Source: the human T2T-CHM13v2.0 reference genome, Homo sapiens
NCBI RefSeq assembly: GCF_009914755.1
Contig: NC_060927.1
DNA: 64,000 bases
Reading direction: 5' to 3' (one strand)
The position numbers were made by a program, and so were the translations under genes. Positions 26,713 through 39,191 of this stretch are shown here, in pieces (the first letter of the stretch is position 1; the number at the start of each line of letters is the position of its first letter). The notes below the pieces were generated by a model that was not told where the DNA came from, did not search any database, and saw only the letters and a list, made by a program, of their open reading frames with translations.

Positions 26713-27564
26713 GCAAGTGGTTGGTTCTAGTCCCACCCAGCATTTGCAGGGAGTAACTGGGTAATCACGAGTCCCCCAGTGGTGGCTAGGGCACCAGGAT
26801 CAGCCAACACTCACAGCCTGGCAACCAATGCCAAGGAATCGCCCTGGGGTTGCTTCCTTAGGTGGAAATGTGGAAATGGCAGACACTTAAGACTTCCCTG
26901 AATGCTTTTTACCTCATACCTATCTTTAACATTGGTCAGCACCCGTGATCCCCATCATCTCAGCATGGCAACCAGTAAGGAGGGACGCCAGAGCATCTCT
27001 GGAGTCGGGCAGCACCAGGAAACGGGAAGGAGCTAAGTTTGCGTCATTGAGGAGCTCAGCCAACATTTGACACAGATTCCAGGTCCCACCCACTATTCCA
27101 GGCTGCCCATATTTTTTCTTGGAGGCAAGGTGTGTAGAGGGACACTGAAGAAATATTTTTGAGTAAAAGGACTGAACAGAGGTTGGTGCTTTGTCTTCTC
27201 TGTCGGAGACAGATGGACTACATGGCTTTTCATTTTGTCCCCTGGATGCCTGGAGATAACGGACACCCGATTCACTCACTATCCACTCTTGGGTGACTCA
27301 TGGTCCTATTGTTTCAGGCCAACCTGTGTACATTCAGGGACAAATCCAGTCATGGACAACCAACTGTGGCTCAGAAGAGCTAGGAAAACCCCCACCTGAA
27401 AGTGTCTCTCCAGCTGAAAGTGTCTGGTCACAGCAGCAAAATCCCTCTGGCAGTTGTTCAGTCTTGGAGTTTAAAAGGCTTTCAAATGTAAAGTCCTCTG
27501 AAGAAAAAAAAAAAAAAAAGCAAGAAAAGCAACACCTTTAGGGATTTTCATTACACCAGAAGCT

Positions 27565-28065
27565 AGGTTCATGGTGCCCTTGGTATCTCAGGATACCCTT
27601 AGGCCAAAAGAAATACCTAACAATTCCATTTATCAAGTAGTTATGTATAAGCAACTTAATAAATGTGTCCTTATTAACAGAAAATAATATACATAAGTTA
27701 AAAGAAAAATATTATTTTATTTCACTCCTAAAGAGACACAATTACTTCCTAACAAAACATGTGTCTCTGTTGGGCACTGCAGAATTCTCAAGCCCTGCAA
27801 TCAGATTGGACACTGCCACCCTCAACTCCTGTCCCACGCTGATTTTCAGTAGTACTTTTTTTCATCCTTGTAATCACTGAAAACCTAGCTTTGCAAAGAT
27901 ATGACATAATCTGAAGGAATGTAGAGTGATCTGTTTACCCCTGTCACGTGGGGTTGGATAGACGTCAGGCATTGCTTTGCTTCCCTCAAAAATTTAAAAT
28001 ACCTCGCCGGACTCCTGTGAGTTCACAACAGCACCCTGGGCACCTCAGCATAGCTAGGAACTGCA
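27565..28065 (-). mobile_element. hAT-Charlie MITE (MER119-like)
   Basis: tgttgggcactgcag...aatcagattggacactgccaccctc...ccctcaaaaatttaaaatacctcg...cctgtgagttc. Confidence 0.7.
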
Positions 28066-29539
28066 AAGTTATGCATTGGTAGGTGCCAGCCAGCAGCAGG
28101 CAAAATGCAAGGGCCTTTAAAAATACAATATGGGGTAGGGACCTGTGGAACAGGGCAGGAGAAGGGCTGCTTGTGGGAGTAAGCAGGGGGCAAGGGAGTG
28201 AAGGGATTATTGTGTAGACGAGGCTAGAAAAGACTAAATGTCATTTAACCTGAGGTTCTTTTCTCCATTGGGAAAAGGTATCTAATCATAGCTATTCTGT
28301 CCACCTTAAGGATTATCATGCATTCAAATGGACTACAGGTTTGGAAACACCTTGCGAATGGTATCAAGCTTGAGCTTGAGCTTGATATAAATGCTGGATA
28401 TTGCGGCTAATGTGTTTCCTTCTCATCAGAGGTTATTGCAGAGACCCTTTCCCACAAATACTCTGTACTCCCAGCACCTTGCCACTGCAGAGGAAATGTG
28501 GCCAATTCCAAATGATGCTCAAAGCTTATTTTGTTTCCTTTAGATAACATCCTGCCGGTTACTGATCATACCTGTTGATGAATTCCAAAAGAGCAGTTGC
28601 TATCTCAAAGGCAAGCAAGGTCATGGAGGGCAGGAAAAGCACAACCCTGAATGCAGAACGAGCACCACCAGGGTCTTGAAACCTTACAAACAACTTCATA
28701 AATCCTGCACTGGGCTTCCTTCTTGACCACACAGGCTTCCTATCAAACATGAATGAAGAGGAGGTGGACTGTATTACAAAATTAATAATGTAAGATGGTG
28801 GCTGCCAAAGCCATTCATAATCGTAATTGCTTTTGCATGTGTTTTCTTGAAAGCAACTTCATATTTGTCAGCAACTAGGAATGAAGGCGCTTCCTTTGAT
28901 ACTTATATGTACAGGCACAAAATAGAGTTGAACTTTGCTGCACACAATAAATGTGTTGTGAAAATACGTGTTTGAAGTCTAATAAACAGACTTTTATTTT
29001 GCCCATGTTAAACACAGAAGAGAATGTCTTCTTTAATGGGAATGGGAACAATCTTGCACTCTTTTGCCCTTTTTGCTCTTTTCTTAGTTTAGATGTTCAT
29101 AGATAATTGCCTAAAGTACTCAGGTCACACAGAATCTCAAACCAAAGGAAACATGACATGATCTCTATTGTCAACATAAGATTTTTGTAGTTGCAGAGGT
29201 ACTGTAAAGGGAAAATAGATGCAGCCCATAAGAGGTATATAGTTCCAAACTGCATTATGTCACTGAAAAATCTGCTTATTCGATTTACAGTTAGGCTAAT
29301 TAGAGGGTTCCAGGAGAAAAGAGGGAGCTGAGATCCCTGACTCGGGAGAACAAAAGGGGCATGAATGAAAGAGCAGTTTCCTGTGAACACAAAGTAGTCT
29401 CCGAGCATGAACTTCTGGCGGCACTTCTAAAGAACAATGAGAGCATCACCTGAACTAAGAGATAACAGAATTCTCTAGTGCTCCTTGTAACAGATTCCAG
29501 GTCACAGAAGAGAAACCAGAACTCAGTCTCCCCAGGATC

Positions 29540-29690
29540 TGAAGTCAGACACATCAGAGTTTGAATCCCATGTGGCCTTAGGCAAGTTGCTTTCTATCTT
29601 TGTGCCTCAGTTTTCTCATCTGTAAAATGGGGACAATAATACCTTACAAGGTGTTATGTTCCAATGCAGTAATGTAGGATGTAGAGTTTC
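29540..29690 (+). mobile_element. MIR
   Basis: tgtggccttaggcaagtt...tgtgcctcagttttctcatctgtaaaatggggacaataatacct. Confidence 0.85.
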
Positions 29691-29816
29691 ACAACAGTGA
29701 AACCTATATATGAATACCTATTTTCCTTCCTGGCTCTAGGCCCAAAAGGTCACAGATTAGTGAGCTGCCTCTGGCCAGTGATCCTTATACTCCCTGCTGT
29801 CAGACATTCTCTTACC

Positions 29817-29976
29817 CAGTGGTTCTCCAACTTTGATGTGTACCTGAATCCCCTGGAGAGCAGATAAAGAACTCAGAGGCCTCGGCTCATTGATGTAGGA
29901 GAGAGAGGCTTGGCCTGCCTGTTTTCACCAAATTCCCCCAGATGAGTCCAATACAGCCCAAAGATAGAGAACACTG
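29817..29976. mobile_element. MER5A MITE
   Basis: cagtggttctccaacttt...gaatcccctggagagc...gagaacactg inverted termini. Confidence 0.75.
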
Positions 29977-29978
29977 TC

Positions 29979-30334
29979 TGATATGGTTTAGCTCTGTGTC
30001 CCCACCCAAATCTCACCTTGAATTGTAATAATCCCCGCGTGTCGAGTGTGGGACCAGGGGGAGATAATTGAACCATGGGGGTGGTTTCCCCCATGCTGTT
30101 CTCATGATAGTGAGTGAGTTCTCATGAGATCTGATGGTTTTATAAGGGGCTTCCCCCTTCGTTTGGCTCTCATTCTCTCTCCTGCCACCCTGTGAAGAGG
30201 TACCTTCTGCCATGATTGTAAGTTCCCTGAGGCCTCCCCAGTCATGCAGAACTGTGAATCAATTAAAGCTCTTTTCTTTATAAATTACTCACACTTGGGC
30301 AGTTCTTTATAGCAGCATGAGAATGGACTAATCA
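29979..30334 (+). mobile_element. THE1 (MaLR) solo LTR
   Basis: tgatatggtttagctctgtgtccccacccaaatctcaccttgaattgtaa...gcagcatgagaatggactaatca; exact TSD ctgtc at 29974-29978 and 30335-30339. Confidence 0.93.
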
Positions 30335-30412
30335 CTGTCCAAATGTGTTTATAGCCCAGGAGAATATTCAGCGAGAGAAGAATTTTACATAGACCTATTA
30401 TACAAGTTAGTT

Positions 30413-30628
30413 CAGGGGTTCTTAATCTTGGCTGTGCACTGTACTCACCCGAGGAGTTTTTGGCCCTACTGAGGCCCAGGGCCCACCACCACAGGACCTA
30501 TTACATCAGGTTCTGTGGTAGTGGGTCCTGGGCCTCAGTAGCGCCAAAAACTCCTGGGGTCAGCTGAGCATCTGGATTTCTGAGAACTCCCAAGATGCTG
30601 TAACGTGCAGCGAAGTGTGAGAAGCCCT
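30413..30628. mobile_element. MER5-like MITE
   Basis: caggggttcttaatcttggctgtgcactgtactcacc...gtgcagcgaagtgtgagaagcc. Confidence 0.65.
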
Positions 30629-30939
30629 TAGCTAGATCCAAGTGAGGTCCCCGGTGGCCTCTCCTTACCCCTCCCACCTCTTCTCTTCTGTGCCCCAGGT
30701 GGCCCCTGAGTCATTACAACCAAACCCAAAGGACTTCAAGACAGTGTACAAACGAACTGACCCCAGTGTTTGTCCAAAATGTCCTGCCAAGCTGGTTCAA
30801 CTCAGAACGCTGTTTAGCTCCAGCTGAGTAGGGCCAGCAGCACGGAGGTGAGCACAGCATGTCTGCAACATATTCTGGGCACAGTCTACCTCCAGCATTG
30901 TACTCCAGTCCCCTAGGGCCCAGCCGTCAGTGACTGTCC

Positions 30940-31082
30940 TTCTACTGGAATGCAGACTTCAAGAGGGTAGGTCTTTTGTCTGTTTTGCTCAGAACCATAT
31001 CTCCAATATGTAGAATAATACCTGGCACTTAGTAGATGCTCAGTAAATATTCATTGAATATAATGAATGGATGAGTGAATGT
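30940..31082 (+). mobile_element. L2 3' end
   Basis: tagaataatacctggcacttagtagatgctcagtaaatattcattgaa...tgaatggatgagtgaatg. Confidence 0.8.
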
Positions 31083-31994
31083 GAGTAGAAATTGGTCATG
31101 GGCTTGTTGTAGTTTTTCCAGAAATGCTTACATCTCTATGAGGGCATTTTTGTGAAGAGCAAAAAACTCTAAAGCCCCCAAGAGATAGAATTTCAGGCAC
31201 CTGATAGGTGGCTGGCAAGGGAGATTCCTTAGGGCTAGGAAACCTCAACAGTTCTCAATTCATACTAGGTGTGATATACACAGGGACCGTACCTACACCA
31301 TCTTGCTGAAGTTAGTCAAGCTGTGTTCTTCAGAGCCCTGTGGCTTCCACCAAGATGCCTGAAGGATCTCCATGGAGAGAAGGGTCTTCGTGGAGAGGGT
31401 GGGTTAAATGGGCAGGATACCCTGCCCCCAAAACTAGCATCAACCAAGAGCACTCCATGGTTATCCATTTTACATATTCCATGTCCAGGTCTTTCCATTG
31501 AAAAAATGGACTTTGCTTTTTTCAAAAAAATACTTTGAAACAACCTAACTAGATCATTTTGCTAAACAAATAAATCTTGATACTTCCTTTATCAAGGGGG
31601 AGGGCTTGTCTCCAGCTGGTGGGAAGAAGAGGAGCTGACACCTAGGGTGTCATCCAGAAGGATGCTTCCCTTTGGTGCCACATATCCCTTCAGAATCTAT
31701 GCAGCCCATGAAGGGACGGACCTGAGACCTCTCTCCATCCACCCCAGACTCCTGCAACCTCATCAGTTCCTGCTCTTGTCAATCCAGATATGAAGCTTTG
31801 GGAATAAGAAATAGGATGTCATCACTCCTCAGCTCAGAAGTAAAACTGCCCAAAGCTTAGCCATTAAAAAAGAAAGTCATGAAAGAAATGCCCACGCAAC
31901 CCTGCAGATAAGGTCCTAGCCCACGGAGGTCTTGCAATCTGCATTCTTGCAGTTATGAATTCTTGTTTGTCCTGACAGGACAGCAATAGGTAAC

Positions 31995-32389
31995 TTATGC
32001 TTTGAATGTTTGTATCCCCTCCAAAATTCATGTTAAAACTTAATCTCCAATGCAACAGTATTAAGAGGTGGGGCCATTAGGAGATGATTAGGTCATGAGG
32101 ACTCTTCCCTTGTGAACGGGATTAAGGCCCTTATAAGAGGCTTCACACAGCCCTCATCCCCTTTTATCCCTTCTACCTTTCACCATGTGAGAACACAGTC
32201 TTCGTCCTCTCCAGAGGATGCAACAAAAAGACGTCGTGTTGGAAGCAGAGAGCTTCCTTCACCAGATAACAAACCTGACAGCACCTTGACCTAGGGCTTC
32301 CACAACTGAGAGGAATAAATGTCTATTGCGCATAGAAATTTTGTGTTTTCTATGGTATTTTGTTATAGCAGCACAAACTGACTAAGACA
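31995..32389 (+). mobile_element. MST/MLT1A-type solo LTR (MSTD-like)
   Basis: tttgaatgtttgtatcccctccaaaattcatgttaaaacttaatc...ttgttatagcagcacaaactgactaagaca. Confidence 0.85.
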
Positions 32390-33349
32390 ATCATATGCCA
32401 AGAAAATCCTTACTTGACCTTCAAATATGTGGATCCTGGGTAGTAGTGATAATAGCCAATACTTTATAAACTGCTTTCTCCATTGGACTGTAAGCTTGTT
32501 AAGAACAAGAAAGAATTCTGATTTATCTTTTTATTCACAGAGGCTAACACATAGTAAGTGGCCCAAAAATTGCTGTTGCTACACTCAATTTCATACATAT
32601 TCTGTCACTTAACATTCTCAACAATTCTATGATAGAGGTATTTCCACCAACGTCATTTTATAGTTATACAAATTGAAAATCAGAAAAGGTAGCCCAAAAT
32701 TACAATTATCCTGAGATGGCTCCAATAATAGAATTAGAATCTTAATCCAGGTCCTCTTAGCCTAAATCTTATAGTCTTACAAGAGCCTAAGGGCTGTGAA
32801 CTGAGTCTGAATGGAGCCTATCCAAAAGTTGGGTCCACTAAAGAAAAACAGGAGGGCAAGTCTGCAGCCTAGGTCTGGAGTAAGTGTTCCTCATCTCAGA
32901 AGACTAAGGAGGATTATCTCCTATGGCTTTTGGCCCTTCAGGATGAAGCGCTTTCCTAGGGCATCTTAGGGACCCAGCATCCTGTGTCTTTCCATGTCTC
33001 TGGCTCTGAGTCACACTTGTCAGCTCATTCCCAATGATCAGACTGTTTGTGCCCTGACTCACTTGGGACAACAGAAAAAAATAGCAACTTGGCTGACCTG
33101 CTTTGTTCCCCATCCTTTCATATCAATGACAAATGGGACATTTATGGTAAAACCCTGGGGAAGTGTCTCAGAGTTTGGTGTCTCACTTTTGCTAAGGTGA
33201 GAAATCCTACTGTCCAGGAAGAAGTTCCAGGTCTCAGCACCCCAAATGCCAAGAAAGTGAGGTTTTTCTAATAATAGGCTTTATAGCTACAGCCTACAAT
33301 AGGCTTTAATGTTTATCAACAGGAGAGAAAGTTGATTCGGTTGGGTAAC

Positions 33350-33660
33350 ATTTGCCTGCCACATTTACAGGCACTGCATGCCGACGCAATGGTGTCCAGT
33401 GGAAGGAGGGAACATCTCTTCCAACATGTTTCTTTTTACAAGGATAAAAGCTTTTCCCAGAAGTCCCCCTCATGTCCCTTGGCAGACTAGCAACACATGC
33501 AGATGCCTAAACCAATCTCCAGCAAGGGGAATGGAACCACCATGATGGGCTCAGACCAGTCAGGACTTGCCCCTGGAGCTGGGGATGGGCTCACTCATTC
33601 CTGAATTCTTGCTCCCAGTGGAGAGATGGGCAACAAAACAAAAGAGAAGGGGGAGGAGAG
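33350..33660 (-). mobile_element. Ancient MLT1J/K LTR fragment
   Basis: cttttcccagaagtcccc...cctaaaccaatctccagcaagggaatggaaccaccatgatgggctcagacca. Confidence 0.6.
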
Positions 33661-34802
33661 AAACAACAGTTCCCTAAACTACTACCAGTGTTTTTACAAA
33701 GTTAGATTATTCCATTCCATCTATTTGCTGATCCTATTATGCAAGTATTAAAATTATTATAAAAACATTGTGGCAACATGGATAGTCTTTTAATTTAATA
33801 AGATAAAAAAATTAAGAGACAAAAATGTATGCGTGCTAGAATTGCAGCATACAAATATACTTGTATGTGGATAACAGTGGAAGATCAGGATGAAATTAAT
33901 TCATTGATGCATCAGATGAAGTGATTAAGACTGACTTTATTTTTCAATTTCCCAAAATTCTGTAATGTTAAATAATTAATGATTGTAATAATGTGAGTAA
34001 TTAAAAATAAACAAGATCTCCATTGGCTGCATTTAAGCGTGGTCGAGATATTGACATGCAAACAGAGTACACAAATATTCAAGGCTCCTCTGAGAGCCAG
34101 GTCCTGCGTGGGAGGAAATGATTTCTCAAGGTGAAATTCTGAGCATCCAGATACCTCTAAATAAAAGTAAGTTTGTCTTTTAACCACAGTGTATTTTTTT
34201 TAAGTGCTTGATGAATTTAAAGTAAATGTGAAGGGTATGTTAGCTGGCCCAACATTAAATATAGGCTCCTTGATTTACCCAGAATTCACTCTTGGAGGTC
34301 CCAGAGGGAACTGGAAAATATAGGTGGTTATCTTCCAGAAAAGATAGATGGTTATCTTCCAACTAAAACTAAGCTACAATGACAGGCTTGTGTGCTGTTC
34401 ACTGGAAGAGACAGAGGGCTTTCAAAAGTCAACATGAAACCTAAAGTCTCAAAGGCAGACACTTTGCCTGTAGGTGTTGGTTGCTAACAGAGCAGCTCCT
34501 CACTTGGCCAGCTCTGTGTAGCAAGACCTCGGGCTGAGTAGCGGCAGATTTTAATACATTAAGTGGTAGTTAATAATTCTCCTGTGCAATTCCAGCTGGT
34601 CTTAGAAAAAAAGGAATTTGTCTAAAATAGAGAGGTTCCCAGTTGATTGCCCCGATCTGGACATAGGCTAGAAAACATTTGAGGGCAGAAGAAGATGGCC
34701 GACTGTCCCACTAGCAGGGATCCATTTTGAGGAGGGACGTTCACACTCAGTAAAAGTCCCGGGTGTGTGATACTCCTCTGAATGTCCTCTCTCGGTTTCC
34801 TT

Positions 34803-35332
34803 TGTTTAGGGTATGATGCTCTCAGCTGCATGTAATAGACAACCCCATCTCAAAATAACATTAAAGACATATATTATTTAACATATGAATTCCAGAGCCA
34901 GATGGGCAAATTCAGCTGCTCAATGCCATCTTCAAGGACGTGAATTCTCTCCATCTTTGTGCTCTGCCATCTTTAGTCTGAGGCTCTGCCCTTGGACTCA
35001 CTCCCTTCAAGGTGGTAAGATGGTTGCCCCCTTGGCAGCATCACATCCAGACACAATGATGTCCAGAAAAAGAACAGACTTTCCATCCTTGAGTTTGTCT
35101 CCTTTTGACAATAAGGAAGCCTTTCCCAGAAGCCCACTAGAACACTTCTCACATCTCCATGACCATAGTTCTACTGAATGGTCATGCCTAAACCAGTTAC
35201 TGCCAAAGGGAATGAAATTGCCATGCTGTCATGAAGGGCATGACCGTGTGAAGGGTAGATTAACCAAATGGAAGCAGAGTTCTATCAGAAAGGCAGAGGG
35301 GAATATATGGTATTAATGAAAGCATTGCTACA
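34803..35332 (-). mobile_element. Ancient MLT1J/K LTR
   Basis: ctcagctgcatgtaatagacaaccc...ctccatctttgtgctctgccatc...gcatcacatccagacaca...gcctttcccagaagccc. Confidence 0.65.
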
Positions 35333-36797
35333 CCTAGGTACCCCATACCTTGACATTACTCCCTTCCCCTACAACAAAAACCACATCCCTTACCTCTACC
35401 ACTTCTAGATCTTTAGCACTTACCCCAACTGAATGACAGTCTCTTTTTAATGAGCCTGTTTTCTGTTTTCCAGTCTATGCAGGCAGAAGAAATTCTCGTT
35501 AGGTGGGTCTTACTTGGGGAACATCACCACGTCTGTGAAGCTCGCTGGGAACTCCTTCCTCAGTCAGGACCCCATCCTGTCCTGTGTCCCATATCACTGT
35601 CACACTTGCCATTGTCAGTCTCCTCTTTTAGTCAATTGTGTGTTTTTCATCTTCCCAAAACAAGACTGTGAGCTTCTATGGGACAGCCAATATGCCCAGT
35701 TCCTGTTCCAGTTCCCAGCATCTGGCTCTCTAGCTAGCACCCGATAGGTGCTCTGTATTTGTTTACTTGAAACCACCAGAGTTTTTTACACCAAGTGAGA
35801 TCCAAGTACCCATCTAGCACACCCAACAAACAGTTTAAGGAAACATGAAATGTGTGCCTAGCTAGGTGGGAGGCTGTGCACTCCATTTGCCTTCTAGTTT
35901 CAAGCATGCGCAGAAAGAATCTGCATCCTTGACATGTTACTGAGCAGCACCATGGGTCACGTGGGCCACAGTGAGCATCCCCTGCAGCGTTTCCCCCAGT
36001 CCTCCCACTGGAAGAGGGCCAGAGTCATCCGACAGCAAATGTCCCAGAAACATATAGAGCATGCAGGAAAGGGGCCCATTCCTTAGCACTGACTTCATCT
36101 TTAAAACTAAGTATAAACCAGTTCCTGTTCACTCCTACTTAGTAAGAGCTGTCCTAACAGTATTCAGGATGCCCAGATCCTTTGCTTTAGAACTCCTCTC
36201 TCTTCTTGCACAGCCAGATGCATGTGAAGACAGCTCTCTTGCCTCCCTGTCTCTGCTTCTGCACTAAAGCCTGTAACACCTCCATGGTTCTCCACGTGAC
36301 AGCAGGATCCTCTCAGTCTCCTGGCTGACCTCACTCATTCAAAAACGTTCTAGCTTGTCAACATTCTACAAATATAAGTGTTAAAGAAAACCAGAGCCAG
36401 ACAGTAATTAGAGCCATAAAAGCAGATTTTACTCAGGAACTATTTCAATAGGAGAAATGAGCCCTCAGGACTCTTAGAACTCTTGAACCTTAGAACTGGA
36501 CTCCATTCCAAATACAGCAAGGACAAGTGAGGATTTACAGCCCAGGAGTGGTCGTGGCGGGACGGTCAGTGAAAGGAAACATCAGGGGTAGGAGTGGATT
36601 CTGGCTAAACCTACTCAACATCTCACTGAAGGTAGGCCAGGATGATCAGATTCTGAGGGTGAAGGATAAAGAATTTGATCAGATACCAAGTATGAGGAAT
36701 TCTCACTAAACTGACTTAGTAAGATTTCTGAAATTTTGTTTTTAATTGACAAACAATAATTGTATATATTTATAGGGTACAGTGTGGTGTTTTTATC

Positions 36798-37012
36798 TTT
36801 ATTTATTTATTTTTTTTGAGACAGGATCTCGCTCTGTCACCCAGCTGCAGTGCAGCAGCACAATCTCAGCTCACTGCTGCCTCGATCTCTTGGGCCCCAG
36901 TGATCCTCCCACCTCAGTCACTCATGTAGCTGGGACCACAGGCGTGTGCCACCACAACCAGCATTTTTTTTTTTCCTTTGGAGAGATGGGGTCTTCCTAT
37001 GTGGGTCAAGCT
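36798..37012 (-). mobile_element. AluJ, partial
   Basis: gagacaggatctcgctctgtcaccc...gtgatcctcccacctcag. Confidence 0.85.
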
Positions 37013-37132
37013 TGATGTTTTGATATATGTTTACATTGCAGAATGATTCCATCAAGCTAATTAACATATCCATCACCTCACATACTTAACATTTTTTGGG
37101 TTATGAAATTACTTAAAATCTACTCATTTAGC

Positions 37133-37392
37133 TTTTTTTTTTTTTTTTTGAGACAGTCTCACTATGTCACCCATGCTGGAGTGCAGTGGCATGATCATAG
37201 CTCACTCTAACTTCAGACTCCTGGGCTCAAGTGATCCTCTCACCTCAGCACCCTGAGTAGCTAGGACTACAGGCATGAGCCACCATACCTGGCTAACTTT
37301 TTTTTTTTTTTTTGGTAGAGCTGGGGGTCTTGCTATGTTGCCCAGGCTGGTCTCAAACTCCTGGCCTCAAGCAATCCTCCTGCCTTGGCCTT
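37133..37392 (-). mobile_element. AluJ, 5'-truncated
   Basis: gatcatagctcact...ctcctgggctcaagtgatcctc...caagcaatcctcctgccttggcc. Confidence 0.88.
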
Positions 37393-37759
37393 CTTGTAGC
37401 AATTTTGAAATACACAATACATTATTATTAACTATAGTCACTACTCTGTGTAATAGATCAGCAAAACTCATTTCTCTTATCTCACTGAAACTGCACACCC
37501 CTTGATCAATATCTCCCCATTCCTCAACCACCCACTCTTCCATCCTCTGGTGACCAATATTCTACTCTCTGCTTTTATGAGTTCAACTTTTCTAGGTTCC
37601 ACATATAAACAGGGTCTTGCAGTATTTGTGTTTCTGTGACTGGCTTATTTCACTTAGCATAGTGTCTTCCAGGTTCATCCATGCTGTTGAAAACAACAGG
37701 ATTGATTTCCTTCTCTCTTAAGCCTGAATAGTATATTCCATTGTGCATATATGCCACAC

Positions 37760-38111
37760 TTTCCCTCCCTCCCTCCCTCCCTTCCTTCCTTCCTTTCTTC
37801 CTTCCTTCTCTTTCTTTCTTTCTCTTTCTTTCTTTTTGAGACAGAGTCTTGCTCTGTCGCCCAGGCTGGAGTGCTGTGGCCTCGGCTCACTGCAACCTCT
37901 GCCTCCTGGGTTCAAGCGATTCTCCTGCCTCAGCCTCCTGAGTATCTGATATTACAGGCACATGCCACCACACCTGGCTAATTTGTTATTTTTAGTAGAG
38001 ATGGGGTTTCACCATGTGGCTCAAGCTGGTCTCAAACTCCTGACCTCGTGATCTGCCCACCTCAGCCTCCCAAAGTGCTGGGATTACAGGCATGAGCCAC
38101 CACGCCCAGCC
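37760..38111 (-). mobile_element. AluS (Sg/Sc-like) with CT-rich (CCTT/CCCT) tail
   Basis: cctgacctcgtgatctgccc (2-bp deletion diagnostic); tail 37760-37837. Confidence 0.92.
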
Positions 38112-38394
38112 GCGCTTTTTTTTAACCATTCAAGGCAATATAGAGACAAACGCAAAAGCACAAATGTCCAGGCCTAGTTGAGAAGCAGGTTCAGAGGAGC
38201 CGGACTAAAGTTTGGTTCAAGAAGAGAGCATCTTTGTCAAAGGCAGCAGAACCAGATGCTTTAGGGATAATGTATAACCAAAACAGAAAAGAGGGAGACT
38301 TCCCTTTCCCTGGTTAGGTACTAAAGTAGCTCCAAATTGCATATTTCCAAAAAACTACCTAAATGGCTACTTATCTTGAGCTTTCCAGTTTGAA

Positions 38395-38630
38395 AAGAGC
38401 ATGGAGTTTGAAGTCAGACAGATATGGGGTCAAATCCCAGCTCAGCCACTGATTAGCTCGTTGTGTGACCTTGTGCAGATCAAGTCCCCTCTCTGAGCTC
38501 CCGAGTCCTCATCTCTAAAATGGCAATCATGAAATTGATCTCACAGAGTTGCTATGAAGACTCAATTAAAAGAGAATGTCTACAAAGAACCAAGCATAAA
38601 ATATGAGCTTCATCAAGAAGATTCACAACT
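38395..38630 (+). mobile_element. MIR
   Basis: tttgaagtcagacagatatggggtcaaatcccagctcagccact...tgtgtgaccttg...cctcatctctaaaatgg. Confidence 0.8.
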
Positions 38631-38767
38631 CCTATTACCAGTAAAAAATGTAAAGCCCTAAGTAGTTTTCACACATAGGGCTCCTCTGCCCTGTACCAAC
38701 AGCACGTATGGGGAGTGCAGGAGTCACAGAATGGCAGAGGTGGAACTGCTCTCAGGTATTAACTGAG

Positions 38768-38900
38768 CCCAGGGCTTCTCACCCCAGCTCAATCATCTAG
38801 GGTAGCTTCCGGATAACATCACCTCCCAGGTCCAACCATAGGCCAATTAAATCAGGATCTCTGGGGACAAAGTGCAGATGTCTGTGTTTTCCAAAATACA
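38768..38900. mobile_element. MER5-like fragment
   Basis: cagggcttctcaccccagc...ccaattaaatcaggatctctgggg. Confidence 0.55.
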
Positions 38901-39145
38901 GGAATGAGTTCTGTTTGTTATGTAGATGGAGAGAGTATAGAAAGTTTTCATCCCCAGTGTTCCCTGGGTCCTTTCTCAGTCTCCTCTGGGTTCTGAGGTG
39001 CGGCACACTCCAAACCCTAACCTCAGGAAGCTCACAGTCTGGTTAGAAATTCCAGCACGCTCCTAAAAATAGAACCAGTAGTCCCAGGCATGATGTTCAT
39101 TCAGCAAACATCTGTGGTATGAAATTCAGCCCACATGGAAGCACT

Positions 39146-39191
39146 GAGGCCATGCACAGCCCTAGCTCGAGGCCATGCACAGCCCTAGCTC
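39146..39191 (+). repeat. Perfect 23-bp tandem duplication
   Basis: gaggccatgcacagccctagctc x2. Confidence 0.95.

Larger units (their letters stand above)
36735..37762 (-). mobile_element. L1MA/MB-type 3' end fragment
   Basis: aataattgtatatatttatagggtacagtgtg; caagctaattaacatatccatcacctcacata; tggcttatttcacttagcatagtgtcttccaggttcatccatg. Confidence 0.85.
36379..38239 (-). mobile_element. ERV1 solo LTR (MER31/MER67 group), split by L1 and Alus
   Basis: Reverse complement starts tgacaaagatgctctcttcttgaaccaaactttagtccggctcctctgaacc; second half 36379-~36730 ends ctggttttctttaaca. Confidence 0.75.

Noticed and set aside
24678-30339. Two unrelated LTRs (MER74-like and THE1) share the same TSD, CTGTC
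   Set aside because: Different families and ages; a 5-bp coincidence among many LTRs is not evidence of targeting.
32331-32354. catagaaa/tttctatg inverted repeat in MST LTR
   Set aside because: An 8-bp AT-rich stem is too short to distinguish from chance.
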